The notes beneath the pieces were generated by a model. It did not search any database. It was not told the origin of the DNA and was given only the letters and a program-made list of their open reading frames with translations. This document shows, one piece after another, positions 63,653 through 64,000 of a stretch of DNA of 64,000 nt (its first letter is position 1; the number at the start of each line of letters is the position of its first letter). The translations under genes and the position numbers were made by a program. Origin of the DNA: Clostridiales bacterium (GTDB lineage Bacteria; Bacillota; Clostridia; Oscillospirales; Oscillospiraceae); assembly GCA_004555705.1 (NCBI GenBank), contig SFHI01000001.1:131-64130 (forward strand). The letters run 5' to 3'.

Positions 63653-64000
63653 TTATTCTGTCAGCGCACCCGCTCCTGCCTGCGGGTTGTATTTCATAAT
63701 AAAGAGTTCCAGGCTTTCCTTCAGCACTTCTATCTGTGATTTCAGATAAAATTCGTCCTCGAACAATGCGTAATGGACGCAAGCCCGAATCAGAATGAAG
63801 ATCAATGGTGTCAGCTTTTGATAAGGGATACCGAGTTTGCCCTCCAGGAATTTTGCGTATTCGGTATAACGCTGATCCACGCCGGAAAAGAATTTCTGGC
63901 CGTACTGTTTGTATTTCGGGTGCGTATACACCTGGTACATCAGCCTGTACTTCTTTCCGTGCTTTTCTGCCGTCCAGTAGGGTATCTCGTCAATAAACCG
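63653..64000 (-). CDS. Probable TetR/AcrR family regulator, C-terminal part (5' end outside window)
   Basis: Frame open to window edge (RFIDEIPYWTAEKHGKKYRLMYQVY...); all-helical sequence resembling clostridial TetR C-termini; HTH not visible. Confidence 0.5.
   Translation of the reverse strand, partial: RFIDEIPYWTAEKHGKKYRLMYQVYTHPKYKQYGQKFFSGVDQRYTEYAKFLEGKLGIPYQKLTPLIFILIRACVHYALFEDEFYLKSQIEVLKESLELFIMKYNPQAGAGALTE

Overview
A 64 kb chromosomal segment from a GC-rich anaerobic Firmicute. The gene content, sigma-A promoters and REP-like repeats suggest a gut Oscillospiraceae-type organism (inference). It has three blocks. (1) 1-14.1 kb is a catabolic cluster I cannot match to a described pathway. 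It holds three tandem RraA/HMG-aldolase paralogs, an alpha-beta-permuted Fe-S serine-dehydratase-like protein, an antisense LpdD-like gene, LeuC/LeuD, a degenerate LeuB-like enzyme, an orphan PreA-like flavoenzyme, UbiD, a tripartite tricarboxylate transporter, UbiX and a GntR regulator. A rhodanese pseudogene remnant and a MATE gene follow. (2) 16.3-34.9 kb is a sugar-acid region: uxuA, a UxuB-like reductase, two LarA-superfamily proteins, two Zn dehydrogenases, an Ldh_2 oxidoreductase, three esterases, a Liv-type ABC transporter and two GntR regulators. TGTATACA operator boxes sit just downstream of three predicted promoters. (3) 35.2-64 kb is one ~27 kb ORF for a ~8,980-aa exported repeat protein (LktA/filamentous-adhesin-like, no recognisable cell-wall anchor), with a membrane-anchored TPR gene directly upstream and a partial TetR-like gene at the edge. 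I saw no rRNA, tRNA, CRISPR array, transposase or phage gene. All calls come from reading motifs by eye; no database searches were run.
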